A DNA stretch of 61,949 bases, filler included, from Choristocarpus tenellus KU-1152 (Eukaryota > Protista > Phaeophyceae), in assembly GCA_964200185.2 (NCBI GenBank). It is 11 parts of 11 records of this genome, joined end to end, with 100 filler letters (N's around TTAATTAATTAA, not from the genome) between each part and the next. Parts side by side here need not be neighbours in the genome. Positions count along the whole stretch, not along the records: positions 51,645 to 54,717 come from CAXNAD020022517.1; positions 54,818 to 57,747 come from CAXNAD020023571.1; positions 57,848 to 61,949 come from CAXNAD020016197.1; 8 more parts are not named here. One strand, written 5' to 3'. Below are positions 52,509 through 61,949 of this stretch, piece after piece; within the stretch, counting starts at the first letter, position 1; each line of letters opens with the position of its first letter. The notes under the pieces are model-generated. The model saw nothing but the letters and a program-made list of their open reading frames with translations, had not been told where the DNA came from and made no database searches. The translations under genes were made by a program, and so were the position numbers.

Positions 52509-52766
52509 GAGTGAAAGTATCTTAGAGGGTACCAGTTTTCCCTGTCTGTCCATTTGGGGCTTGGCTTCCCTCGATTTTCTATGACATTTTACCAACTCCA
52601 AAAAAGTTTTGGAATAAGTAAAATGTCTACGTTATGAAAAGGAGCGTCCGGAACAAGGATAATGACATCTCCTAACAAACATGATAGCCAAAATTACATC
52701 AAATTGCAACATTGGATTTTGGCCCCCCAAATGGACGCGACTCTACCCTCTAAGATACTTTCACTC
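52509..52766 (+). mobile_element. MITE family A, full copy with perfect 23-bp TIR, TSD CTAC
   Basis: CTAC|GAGTGAAAGTATCTTAGAGGGTA...TACCCTCTAAGATACTTTCACTC|CTAC; 258 bp. Removal restores LWELAYTFPD. Confidence 0.97.
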
Positions 52767-53280
52767 CTACACCTTCCCAGACTCTTTAATTCTGGAGTTC
52801 TGAAAACTTCATACGAACTCCAGACTGCCCGCAATTGGGGAGAAGTGTCGCCCGGTCGCCTGTGGTCTTTTTTCAGAAGGGCATGTGCTTCAGCTTTCTG
52901 CACAGACTGGGGCCTCTACCTGGAGGAAATTTTTGGTGGAGTGGGACAATTTGTTGTTGGGGTCCCAAAATGGAGTAGAGTGTGGAGAATGGTTCTTCAA
53001 TCTAGACGGAAGAAATGCTTTCAACAGCGTGCGCCGCTCAGCTTTCATCAAGGCTCACCCAGAGACTCTACCAGGACTCCTGCCTTATGTCTCCGTGGTA
53101 TATGGGGACACCCGGAATCTTCTTTTCCCCCTGGATGAGGGAGGGATGAAGATCCTACCATCAAGATCTTGAGCACAACAGGGAGACCCACTTGGTCCCT
53201 CCTATATTGCATGGCAACACGTAAGGCACTACAGCAGGTCCAATTTGCTTTTGGACCCCAGGGGATTTCCTCCCGAAGCT

Positions 53281-53538
53281 GAGTGAAAGTAGCTTCAAGG
53301 GTACGAGTTTGCTCGGTTTGTCCATTTGGGGCTTGGCTTCCCATGGGTTTTTCTTATGACATTTTCCTACTCTTACATTTTCGGAGTGGGAAAAATGTAT
53401 GCATTATCGAAAGGTGTGTTCGGAACAAGGATATTGACACGTTCTAACAAACACGATACCCAAAATTACATCAAAATCACAACATTGGCTTTTCTCCCCC
53501 AAATGGACGCGTCCCTACCCTCTAAGATGCTTTGGCTC
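53281..53538 (+). mobile_element. MITE family A, full copy, TSD AGCT, inserted in the RT YLDD motif
   Basis: AGCT|GAGTGAAAGTAGCTTCAAGGGTA...TACCCTCTAAGATGCTTTGGCTC|AGCT; 258 bp. Removal restores AGC TAT CTT GAC GAC (SYLDD). Confidence 0.97.
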
Positions 53539-56500
53539 AGCTATCTTGACGACACGTCCATATCTGCAAAGGAGATCGACCCCAAAACCATAGCTGCTTT
53601 CACGCAGTTAAGAACTGACCTCCATGAGGTAGGCATTGACTTGAATATGGACAAGGCCTTTGCCACACCTCCCCAGGGCCACCAACCCACGCCCTCCAAG
53701 CTGGAGCTTCTTTCTACCGCAGGAATCAACCTAGCCCAGAACCCCAATGCTTTTGTCACATTGGGGGCTCTGGTGGGAACAGATGACTTTATCCAAGCTC
53801 ATATGGCCGAGGTGATGGAGAGCTCTGGGACACGAACTTTGGCCACATCTCAGCGAGATGGAGGACAAACAGGTGGCCTGGCTTCTCAAGGAGGCTATCT
53901 GGCGAGGGTCACTTTCCCCCTCCTGGCACACTCCACCATGGAGCAAGCAGATAACACTATGGACAATAAAGAGAATAATGGAGATAGCTGACTTTACAGA
54001 GGCGACGGATTTCTTTGAAGGAGGGTGCAACAATGGGTCTCTTCGCCTAGAGACCCACCAACAAGTACAGGCACAGATGCCCACAAGTGCGGGGGGCCTG
54101 GGCCTTTCCTCTATGAAACACCGCCAACATGCGGCTTTCGTAGGATCTTTGGTGGCCACTCTCCCCACCCTACTAGCAAGGCAGTAAGGGTCTCATAGCG
54201 AGTCCTTCTCACAAGCTGTTTGCACGAGTCCCACCATACAGGCTTTAGGATCGTCCATTCACACCCTTCTTTCTACAGGTATCCCCTCCGAAGACTTTGT
54301 GGAATTCATTGGCCAAGACTGGGTAGCCTGGGGGGGAACAACATCCCCCGCACCTGCCACGGATGTCCTCATCCTGGCTGCTCATGACGCCAGGATCACA
54401 AGGAGGACTCAACACAAGATCACACGCCTCCTGAACAGGATTCAGTTCGACTCCTTCAGGACATAACTAGCCGGCCTACCAAGTGAAGTACAATAAGGGA
54501 GGGAAAGCTCCTCATTAGCCCTAGCACACCACCGGAGCTGGCCAGTGTGGGCAAGGGGCAAACGCGTGGGCCTCAACTCAACCTCTGGAGCCAGCATGCC
54601 AGATCCTCCCTTTGGAATTCAAGCTCACAGTCAGCAGATCCCTAGGGAGGGAGGAGGCCCTATCCGACAGGTGTCCAGTGGCGGGGTGCAGGAGGCAAAA
54701 TGTTGATACCAGACATGNNNNNNNNNNNNNNNNNNNNNNNNNNNNNNNNNNNNNNNNNNNNTTAATTAATTAANNNNNNNNNNNNNNNNNNNNNNNNNNN
54801 NNNNNNNNNNNNNNNNNCTCACAAACCACCCCCCCTCTCCCAGATACTTTGACCCTGCTGGTCTGAGAGGACTGGCTCAATCCACCGCTTGACCATTTTC
54901 ACCTTCTCGAGCTTGCACAGATCCCACAATGAGGCAAGGGAGACCCCAACTTTGCCCACTCATTTGCGGAAGGATGTGCAGTGTACCAATGGGACATCCC
55001 AAACGTCAAGGATACTTGTACAGTGGCCACATCACCCCTTGTGACTTTGTACAAGGTCCATTCATTCACTCCGTGCGATCTGGCTGTCGTAGTCCTTCAG
55101 ATGAGGAAATACGGCGATTTGGGAAATTCCGAAGTCCTCCGTGATGGCCGCAGCTGTCCCCCGAGGCATCCGAGTCTTGGGCCCTCTCGTCTCCAGGCAT
55201 CATGCCACCACGCTTGTTCTTCATTGGGGTGCTTAAGTTTGGACTCCAGACAGACTTCTGGGCTGAAGAATTGGGACCAATAGGTGACAATGGGGTGAGC
55301 GAGCCACTTGAACGAAGGGGGACTTCGTCCTAGGCATCCCAATAGATACCCGCTTTGACATTTTCACAAGGTTTTTAACCTCATCAAGTGCGACTTGGTC
55401 GGCTATGCACTGGTGATCCTCCACAGTCATGACAACCCACCATCTTAAAGTTTGCACGCTTCCCAATCTGTATGAGAACAAAGTCTCGTCCAGAGGGTTT
55501 ATCACATGGGTCGTTCCCCCTGGCAAGGACAGACCTTGCAAAAGTTATTTTACATATTATTCCAAAAGGGGGAAGTACGCAAAGGAAGAAGCTGTTAATT
55601 GAATGACTTTGTTGATGAAAACTTCTTGTTACCGGTGTGTCAGTCGTCGTTTTGTTTGATCGATTGGAAAACATTAGGGTGTGGGTGTATAGTAGGATAT
55701 TTGTTGAGATATTTTTGCGTATAGACACCAAAACGGGCAGGTTGTGGTATCGAATTATGATTTCCTACTCCATTTATGGGCGATTTGTGCATCGTATTTG
55801 TCACCATTCGATGGCTTTTCTCTACTGTAAGTAAATGCTAGTGGTGTTGTGTATTATTACGGCAAATTTCACTTTATTGAATGTGCTTAGAGAGTTATAA
55901 AAGGGGGGCGAATATTTTGGAATAGAGAATACGGTCAAATATAATTTGCCATAATCTTGAATACAATTTCAATTTTGACCCTAGTAAAGTTTCCAAAACT
56001 TTCGAATGCGGAATCACTGTTTCTCGTATGAGGCAGATGTAAGATATAGGAAATGCACCCAAAGCAAAGGGGATGTACCTCTTTTTTGTGGTCTGGACGA
56101 CTGGGGATTGTGGATGCACATTTCGAAAGAAGGTGATGAGTGTTGAAGGTTGTGCTATGGAGGAGTCATCCCACTTGTGGGATGGTCGGAGCTGTTCGCG
56201 GTTTGTGGTGTGCTTGTTTGTAGTTTTTATTTCCTGTAGATTGTCTTGGTTGTGGCTGAGATGAAGAGTGAGGAGTGGGGAGTGGATGGAGACTGTTTCA
56301 ATTTTTCAAAATTATCAACCGAGAAACGGCTCAGAAGAAAGTGAGGGTGGCTCTATAAGCAGCTGAGGTGACTCTATAAATGTGAGAAACAATGTCTTAA
56401 ACAATGTTTGAGGGGCTGCGGCTGGGGGGGTAGGGTTCAGAAAGGGAGAAGGGGGGTGGGATAGCCGACAATGTGGTGTACCACAACAGCAATTTCAAAT

Positions 56501-57449
56501 AATGACACACAGACACGAAACTTATTCGAGCATAAATCGGATTTGTACTGTAACACCTTGTCTCCATCGAACATGGGGACAGCACTTTATATAACATACC
56601 ATGACAGCGGCAGTCTACTAAGGCATCCTGAGTCAAGCTGTGTTCCCACGACTGTGCTTCTTGACACTCAAGGAGGTGTTTTTGGACGCTTGGTTTTGAT
56701 TTCTTGAAATTAATATTGTGTTATGTTTATTACAAGGCACATAACAAGCCAAATACCAAGCTTTGGTGAGGAACAAAGCATCTTCTATTTCCTGCTGACA
56801 TTCTCCTTCACCTGCTCCCTTACACACATTCCCTCAATCCTCACACCACCCCCAGGACCCCAGAGTATTCAAGTGCCAATAGGGGGTACTTCACTCCAAA
56901 GCCAATCCAACTGGCATACCCATTTCTATACCTGAAGTGGACCAACTTCTCTCTTTGAGAATGTAAATCCTTCTCCATTTCAACAGTTTCTGCAGTTCCA
57001 CATCTTCCCCCCACCTCATACCACTGTGATACGTGAAAGGGACAGTGACAAAAGCGTCATGCAGGCCATCATCCCTACTCCAGTCCACCCAACGCTCAAA
57101 CCGATCTAATCTACTACACGTGTGAAGCATTCTTGGAGAGTACAGCACGTGTAGAATATGCTGTTGATTCTCTCCTCGCCCCAGAACACCAATGATAACT
57201 TCAGGATACGGAAGAGGCCTCTTTGAGAAGACTCACTTTAGGTCCTTTCTCACACTCTCCGAGTGCTGGCTCCATTTCAACCGGTCCTCAGTACGGGTGG
57301 TGGCCTTGTAAGGAGGCAAGAGAGAGGCACTTCCACTGTGTTTTTGTTACAGGGCCAGGGTTCATGGATGAGTGTGAACACTCTTTGTGCAACATAACGT
57401 GTGTCTGAGTGGACCGACTTTAGCATTGTGTAGGGCAGTGGTGGTGACA

Positions 57450-57680
57450 CTTTCACAAAAACATGAAAGGTTGCACATTGGCTCTCTGATATGCGGTACA
57501 AACATGTAAAAATATTGTCTCCCTCTTCGCTTGAAAGTCCAGAAATGAAACGGTGTCTATTTTCTATATGCTTTGTGCGAGAAAAAGTGGTGGCACAGTT
57601 CACAAATGTGATGGCCACATTTTTATCCTCATAATCTCCACATGGTACCTGGGTAAAAATAAGCTGAATAAGCTCCAAGC
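57450..57680 (-). pseudogene. Degenerate Ty1/copia RNase H fragment
   Basis: YEDKNVAITF......SRTKHIENRHRFI in ORF 57277..57678. Confidence 0.7.
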
Positions 57681-57892
57681 ATTCCTCAAAACCAATGCTG
57701 AGACGCAGGGGGTCGACATCTCTCTATAGATATCTTGTGGTAGCCGCNNNNNNNNNNNNNNNNNNNNNNNNNNNNNNNNNNNNNNNNNNNNTTAATTAAT
57801 TAANNNNNNNNNNNNNNNNNNNNNNNNNNNNNNNNNNNNNNNNNNNNCATTCCCCCTCCACCCCCCACACCCCCCCCCCCTTCCCCCCCACT

Positions 57893-60800
57893 GCCTGAGG
57901 ACGAAGAGGCCGAGTAGTCACTCTTCTTTGGCTCAGCACGGGCCTTGGCTTTGGCCTCCTCCTCCCTCTTCTTTTCCAGGTCCGCCTTCCTCTTCTCCTC
58001 CAACTCTGGCCTCGCAACAAAAGGCAAATCAAAATCATAGAAAAAAAAAGGTCAAGAGAGCAGCACATTCATCATCCCACAGGCTACAAAATATATGCAA
58101 ATATCAAAAAATTCCATTGGCCAAAAGTAGTGACTTTTTCATCTAACATGCCATGTTAACCCTACCCCTTACTATCAATAGAGCCAGTTGCTACTACTAC
58201 AACAACAGCAACAACTACTAATAACCATATTATTACTATATTGTCATAATTCAGGTTTTTTTTTGTACATATAAAAAGATAGAGAGAGAGAGAGAGAGCA
58301 CTTCCAACTTCCCACCCTAACCCTAGCCACAGTACTATCAAACACACTAAACTAACATAGCAGTACCAAAAGCAGGTCAAACGAACCTAAACCTAACCCT
58401 AACCCTTCCCCCCTCTCCCCAAACCAGGATCTACCACTACCAAAGAACAGAACAGTAAAAGGGCATGCAATTGCATCCGCATGGGTGTGGTTTATTTTCA
58501 AAACAAGTGCAAAGATCAAACACAACAAATTTTCTTTATTTATTTCTGTACAATAACAAAAAAAGCACCACGGTAACACTGCTACAAAGAGAGGGAAAAA
58601 AATATTGCAGGGTACTTGACAAGACTCAAGACAGACAGAAACCTGAGTAAGCACTACTACTACTACTACTACTACTGTAGGTGGAAAGTTCACCATTCTT
58701 GCTTTAATTCAATGACATTATGGGCAAGCACTACTACTACTACTGTAGGTGGAAAGGTCACCATTCTTGATTACTTACATATACAAAGTATGTGGAGTAC
58801 AGTACTCTGCTTCATTCATAACACTACTTAGGCTGTCGACTGACTCTCAATCCAACCAATCAAATCAATCCAACAACTAACAGAGTCCTACACAGCTCAA
58901 AAGAAGTAAACTTGCCAGACATTGCAGCATGAGCAAGTCCTGTTGAGGTTGAGACAACCACTTAGGGTTAGGGATAGGTCCACCATTGTCGGGACAAATG
59001 AACCACCCAAGGAATAAAAATTAAGTTGAGATTTTTTTTTTAAGTGGATGGAATACACCTACTAACTTTTCACAACTTGCAGCACTTAAGAAACACAAAA
59101 TAGAGCAAAAACACCAGGTAAGGTAGGACCCATTCCGAGTGAATTGGCGAGTAGCCCAGGAGAGATAGTCCATTCCTTCAACAAACTGCAGGATGGGTAC
59201 GACATCATGACGATAATCAGTGACATTAAAAGGTGTACCCTTCTACCAACAATTATTTTTTGCGTAGTGTAAGTAATAGTCACACACATACTCCATACGG
59301 GTACTCTGTGAGTTAACCCTAACCCTAACCCTTAATGCTGTGTCAGCAACAAACCAAAAAAGTATAGTTTATTAGTTCTGTAGCAAACAGTTAACAACCA
59401 ATCTTGCATTTTTTTCACTTTATCATGTTGTCACCATCGACCCTGATATGATACGGCCATCACACAACCATTGTATTACTTCAAAGGCGGCCACTCTCGC
59501 ACATGTCAGTATTTACCAGCATTTGGCCTGTTCCTAACCACAGGAAGGCGGTTCATTCAGGAACAAAACGGCAGACTAATGTTTGTTTTTTTTTCAAGTT
59601 ACCCCGTCCACGCAGAAAAACGTCAGAACAAGGAAATGTTCATCAAGATAGGGCTCTTATCACATGCCATGCCATCAACTTCACACCATACATACATGCC
59701 ACAATGGGACACCAATCAGACACCATCACACTGTCAGAACATACAGTTACACTACCGCATTCGTCCATTGGTCCACTTTTTTTCAGTTGAAGTGCTACCT
59801 TGCTCTTGTAAAGAATATTAATTTCAAACACACTTCTTTGCATCACAATTCTACACAGTTTTTTTTTTTTATTTAACAATTTGCAAAACCAGTCCTAAAC
59901 GGGCAGCCGTTGGCAACAAAATATCCTCATTCAGTCCACTTCAGTCCTCATTCAGTTCACATTCAGTCCTCCACTATCCGAATCACACATACCAACTTTC
60001 TATCCTTCAAGGACAGGGCCCTAGTGAAGTGAGCATCAATCACCTCTTGTCCCATGTCCTCGCCTCATCACCAATCCTCACATAATGGTCGTCAAATAGC
60101 ACCCCTTGTGCATCCCATAACACTTCATGTTAAACATTGGCATTCTTAGGAGATCATGTATTGGGTCCAGTATTTCTGGATGTATACATGTGTTGCCTGT
60201 GTGTGTGTGTGTGTGTATACACACCTTTCTTGTCCTTTCTCCAATCATCCAGACTTTGCTCCTCCTTCCCATCCGCCTTCCTAGTCTTGTTGTGCTCACT
60301 CCATTCCTTGTGTTCCTGCTCCAATCGCAAGGCTTCTGCCTCTGCTGCCTTGGCTCGCTCCGCCTGCCCCCCACCCCCCACAAGCAAAAAATATGTATGA
60401 TGAAAAGAAAAACGATAGTAAAAATTTGTACACCTAAACATACATTAGTGGATAGGGTTCCCAATCTCTGCTTCAAGAGTATATTACAATAATAAAGGCG
60501 AAAATTATCTTTCCAATACTACTATCACTCTTAAAACAATTTCTCAGGAAAATATATATATACTACCACATTACTGCTATAGTTTTTATAATTATGCCCT
60601 CTGACATTTTGCAGACGTGTCAGGGGAAAAACCAATGAAAACTATTCACATGTCAGAATAACCCTAACCCCTAAAAAAGTAACAGTTGTCGTAAAAAATG
60701 TGAAAGATATTGATCCATTTTCCATTATACTGCCAGCTATGCTATACCACCGCCTTCCTATATCAAAACCATTGTACATCAAGATCAGGAAGGCTTTTCT

Positions 60801-61776
60801 ACAAAATATCAGAAAACGAAGTTTGAGATGTCAAAATATATACCCCCAAACCTCACTTCACAACCAGTCCGTCCCACCTATCGGCAGTTACACTCAAGGG
60901 TTAGGGATGACAAAAAAACACAAAAAGGTCAGTTGCAGAGCACCTTGTCACTTTTTGGCTTACAGACAGAAGAAGAACAACATCAAACAGTAACATAAGA
61001 AGGGGGGATGACGGTTTAGCTGATACAAAACAAACTCAACAAAAAATACACTGTATATGTATACAGTGCAAAAAGGAAATACATGCACCAAACTCATCAT
61101 TCAATACATACATCAAACTCATTCAGCACTACATGCATCAAACTCAAAATATCTGTTCCTGCAGTTCAGAGTAGAGGCAATCACAAGCAGTTGACACATA
61201 CCACCCTAACCCTATTTTATTTCCATACGTATCTCTATTTTACTCTTGCCCAGAACACACCCCCACTAGTTTTTTTGTTCTACACCAGATATCAATGAAA
61301 AAAGAAAAAAATATATATATATATATATTTTACCTGCTTCTCAAAAATTTGGACCCTGAATTCAAACATTACAAGGAGGCGACTGTTCTGTTCCAAAGGG
61401 TGGTGCACAAAACCTTGTTCTCTTACTCCATCAATGTCACTAAACACACACACACACACACACAACCAAACAGTTAACATATTTTTTAAATCCACTTTTT
61501 TCCTGATTATGAGTAACACCTTATTAGGGTCAGGGTGCATATAGAAGGCAAGAACACTCACACGTAAATAAATGATACAAAACCTACAGTTTTACCGCTG
61601 CACCAAAACGAATAATAATGCTCTAATATCAAACGCAGAAGAAAAACAATAACGCCAAACAAGTAGTACAAAACCCCTCTTACCTCCTTATCACTGTATA
61701 TAGAGCCCTTATCGAACAACCCCATGTAGCTGGCCTTGTCTAGCTTCCTCTGCTTCTCCAATCTCTCCTTCACCCC
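57893..61776 (-). CDS. Internal exons of a charged coiled-coil protein, resembling the region following a TPR domain in Hsp90 co-chaperones
   Basis: Phase-compatible exons 61776-61684 (GVKERLEKQRKLDKASYMGLFDKGSIYSDKE), 60363-60225 (AERAKAAEAE...SLDDWRKDKK) and 58005-~57893 (ELEEKRKADLEKKREEEAKAK). K..Y.GLF.K resembles the post-TPR helix of FKBP/TPR proteins; the function is inferred. Confidence 0.7.
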
Positions 61777-61949
61777 CTGTTTGTTCGGTGATTGCCGCAC
61801 ACAACACAAAATCATTGTCAGAAAAAAAAAACACATAAATTGTTTTCTCAAATGGGACGATTCAATCACAGTTATGCCACCCTCCCCCCCCCCCCTTCCC
61901 CAACAGAGCGGAAAGGGGGGGTGGGGGGGGATGAGATAAAAAACAAAGG

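Larger units (their letters stand above)
51645..54717 (+). mobile_element. Decayed non-LTR retrotransposon, CRE/SLACS-like reverse transcriptase
   Basis: Motifs in order across frameshifts: SAPGPDEMRPSHI, LDGRNAFNSVRR, QQGDPLGP, SYLDD (restored after MITE removal), IDLNMDKA, VTLGALVGTDDF, QMPTSAGGLGL, and a C-terminal CPVAGC...DTRH knuckle start. Confidence 0.88.

Noticed and set aside
53281-53542. MITE A as an introner (GA|GTGAAA donor; AG supplied by the AGCT TSD)
   Set aside because: Splicing 53283-53540 leaves +4 nt and creates an in-frame TGA. The other TSDs (CTAC, CTTT) supply no AG, and no copy is in a host exon.
54900-55560. Coding-like minus-strand fragments (also 3625-4056, 13470-13960, 30330-30730 and 36400-37600)
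   Set aside because: Probably decayed TE sequence, but there is no motif I can identify, so no call is made.
4161-57847. Regularly recurring TTAATTAATTAA palindrome and ORFs containing X-runs or ending in LIN
   Set aside because: Assembly linker with six-frame stops, not biology. Gene neighbourhoods across linkers are artefacts.
58650-58769. Duplicated CACTACTAC...TGTAGGTGGAAAGKTCACCATTCTTG; also the 26-bp tandem at 17642-17703
   Set aside because: Ordinary local duplications with no further structure.
61333-61442. Possible extra exon in the last gene
   Set aside because: The flanking exons already join in phase with a coherent charged helix, and the candidate peptide does not fit.

Overview
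Eukaryotic, intron-rich and transposon-rich DNA, most consistent with a photosynthetic stramenopile such as a brown alga or relative. This is inferred from bipartite plastid presequences, P-type PPR repeats, a TKL kinase and TTAGGG tracts. The window is not one locus: it is 11 contigs joined by artificial 100-bp linkers (N44-TTAATTAATTAA-N44), so adjacency across linkers means nothing. Host genes reconstructed by hand from splice sites: an uncharacterised plastid-targeted membrane protein, a complete 5-exon plastid NAD(P)-Rossmann/atypical SDR, a non-RD TKL kinase, signal peptide peptidase (3' exons), PDX1 (5' exons), a PPR protein, and a charged, probably TPR co-chaperone-type fragment. Mobile DNA includes decayed Ty1/copia elements (one with a half-tRNA-iMet PBS), Ty3/gypsy relics, a CRE-like non-LTR element and a (TAA)n-tailed retroposon 3' end in at least 7 copies. 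The strongest unannotated signal is a set of three related MITE families. Family A has GAG...CTC termini and 4-bp TSDs (Sola2-like); family C shares its termini and family B its AAAGTATCT core. Family A sits mostly in or against retroelements, and one copy splits the codon for the Tyr of the YLDD reverse-transcriptase active site. Two GC-AG introns and a cluster of TGACGT (aureochrome-type) boxes were also seen. No RNA gene or CRISPR array can be supported, and I found nothing I can defend as a wholly new biochemical system.
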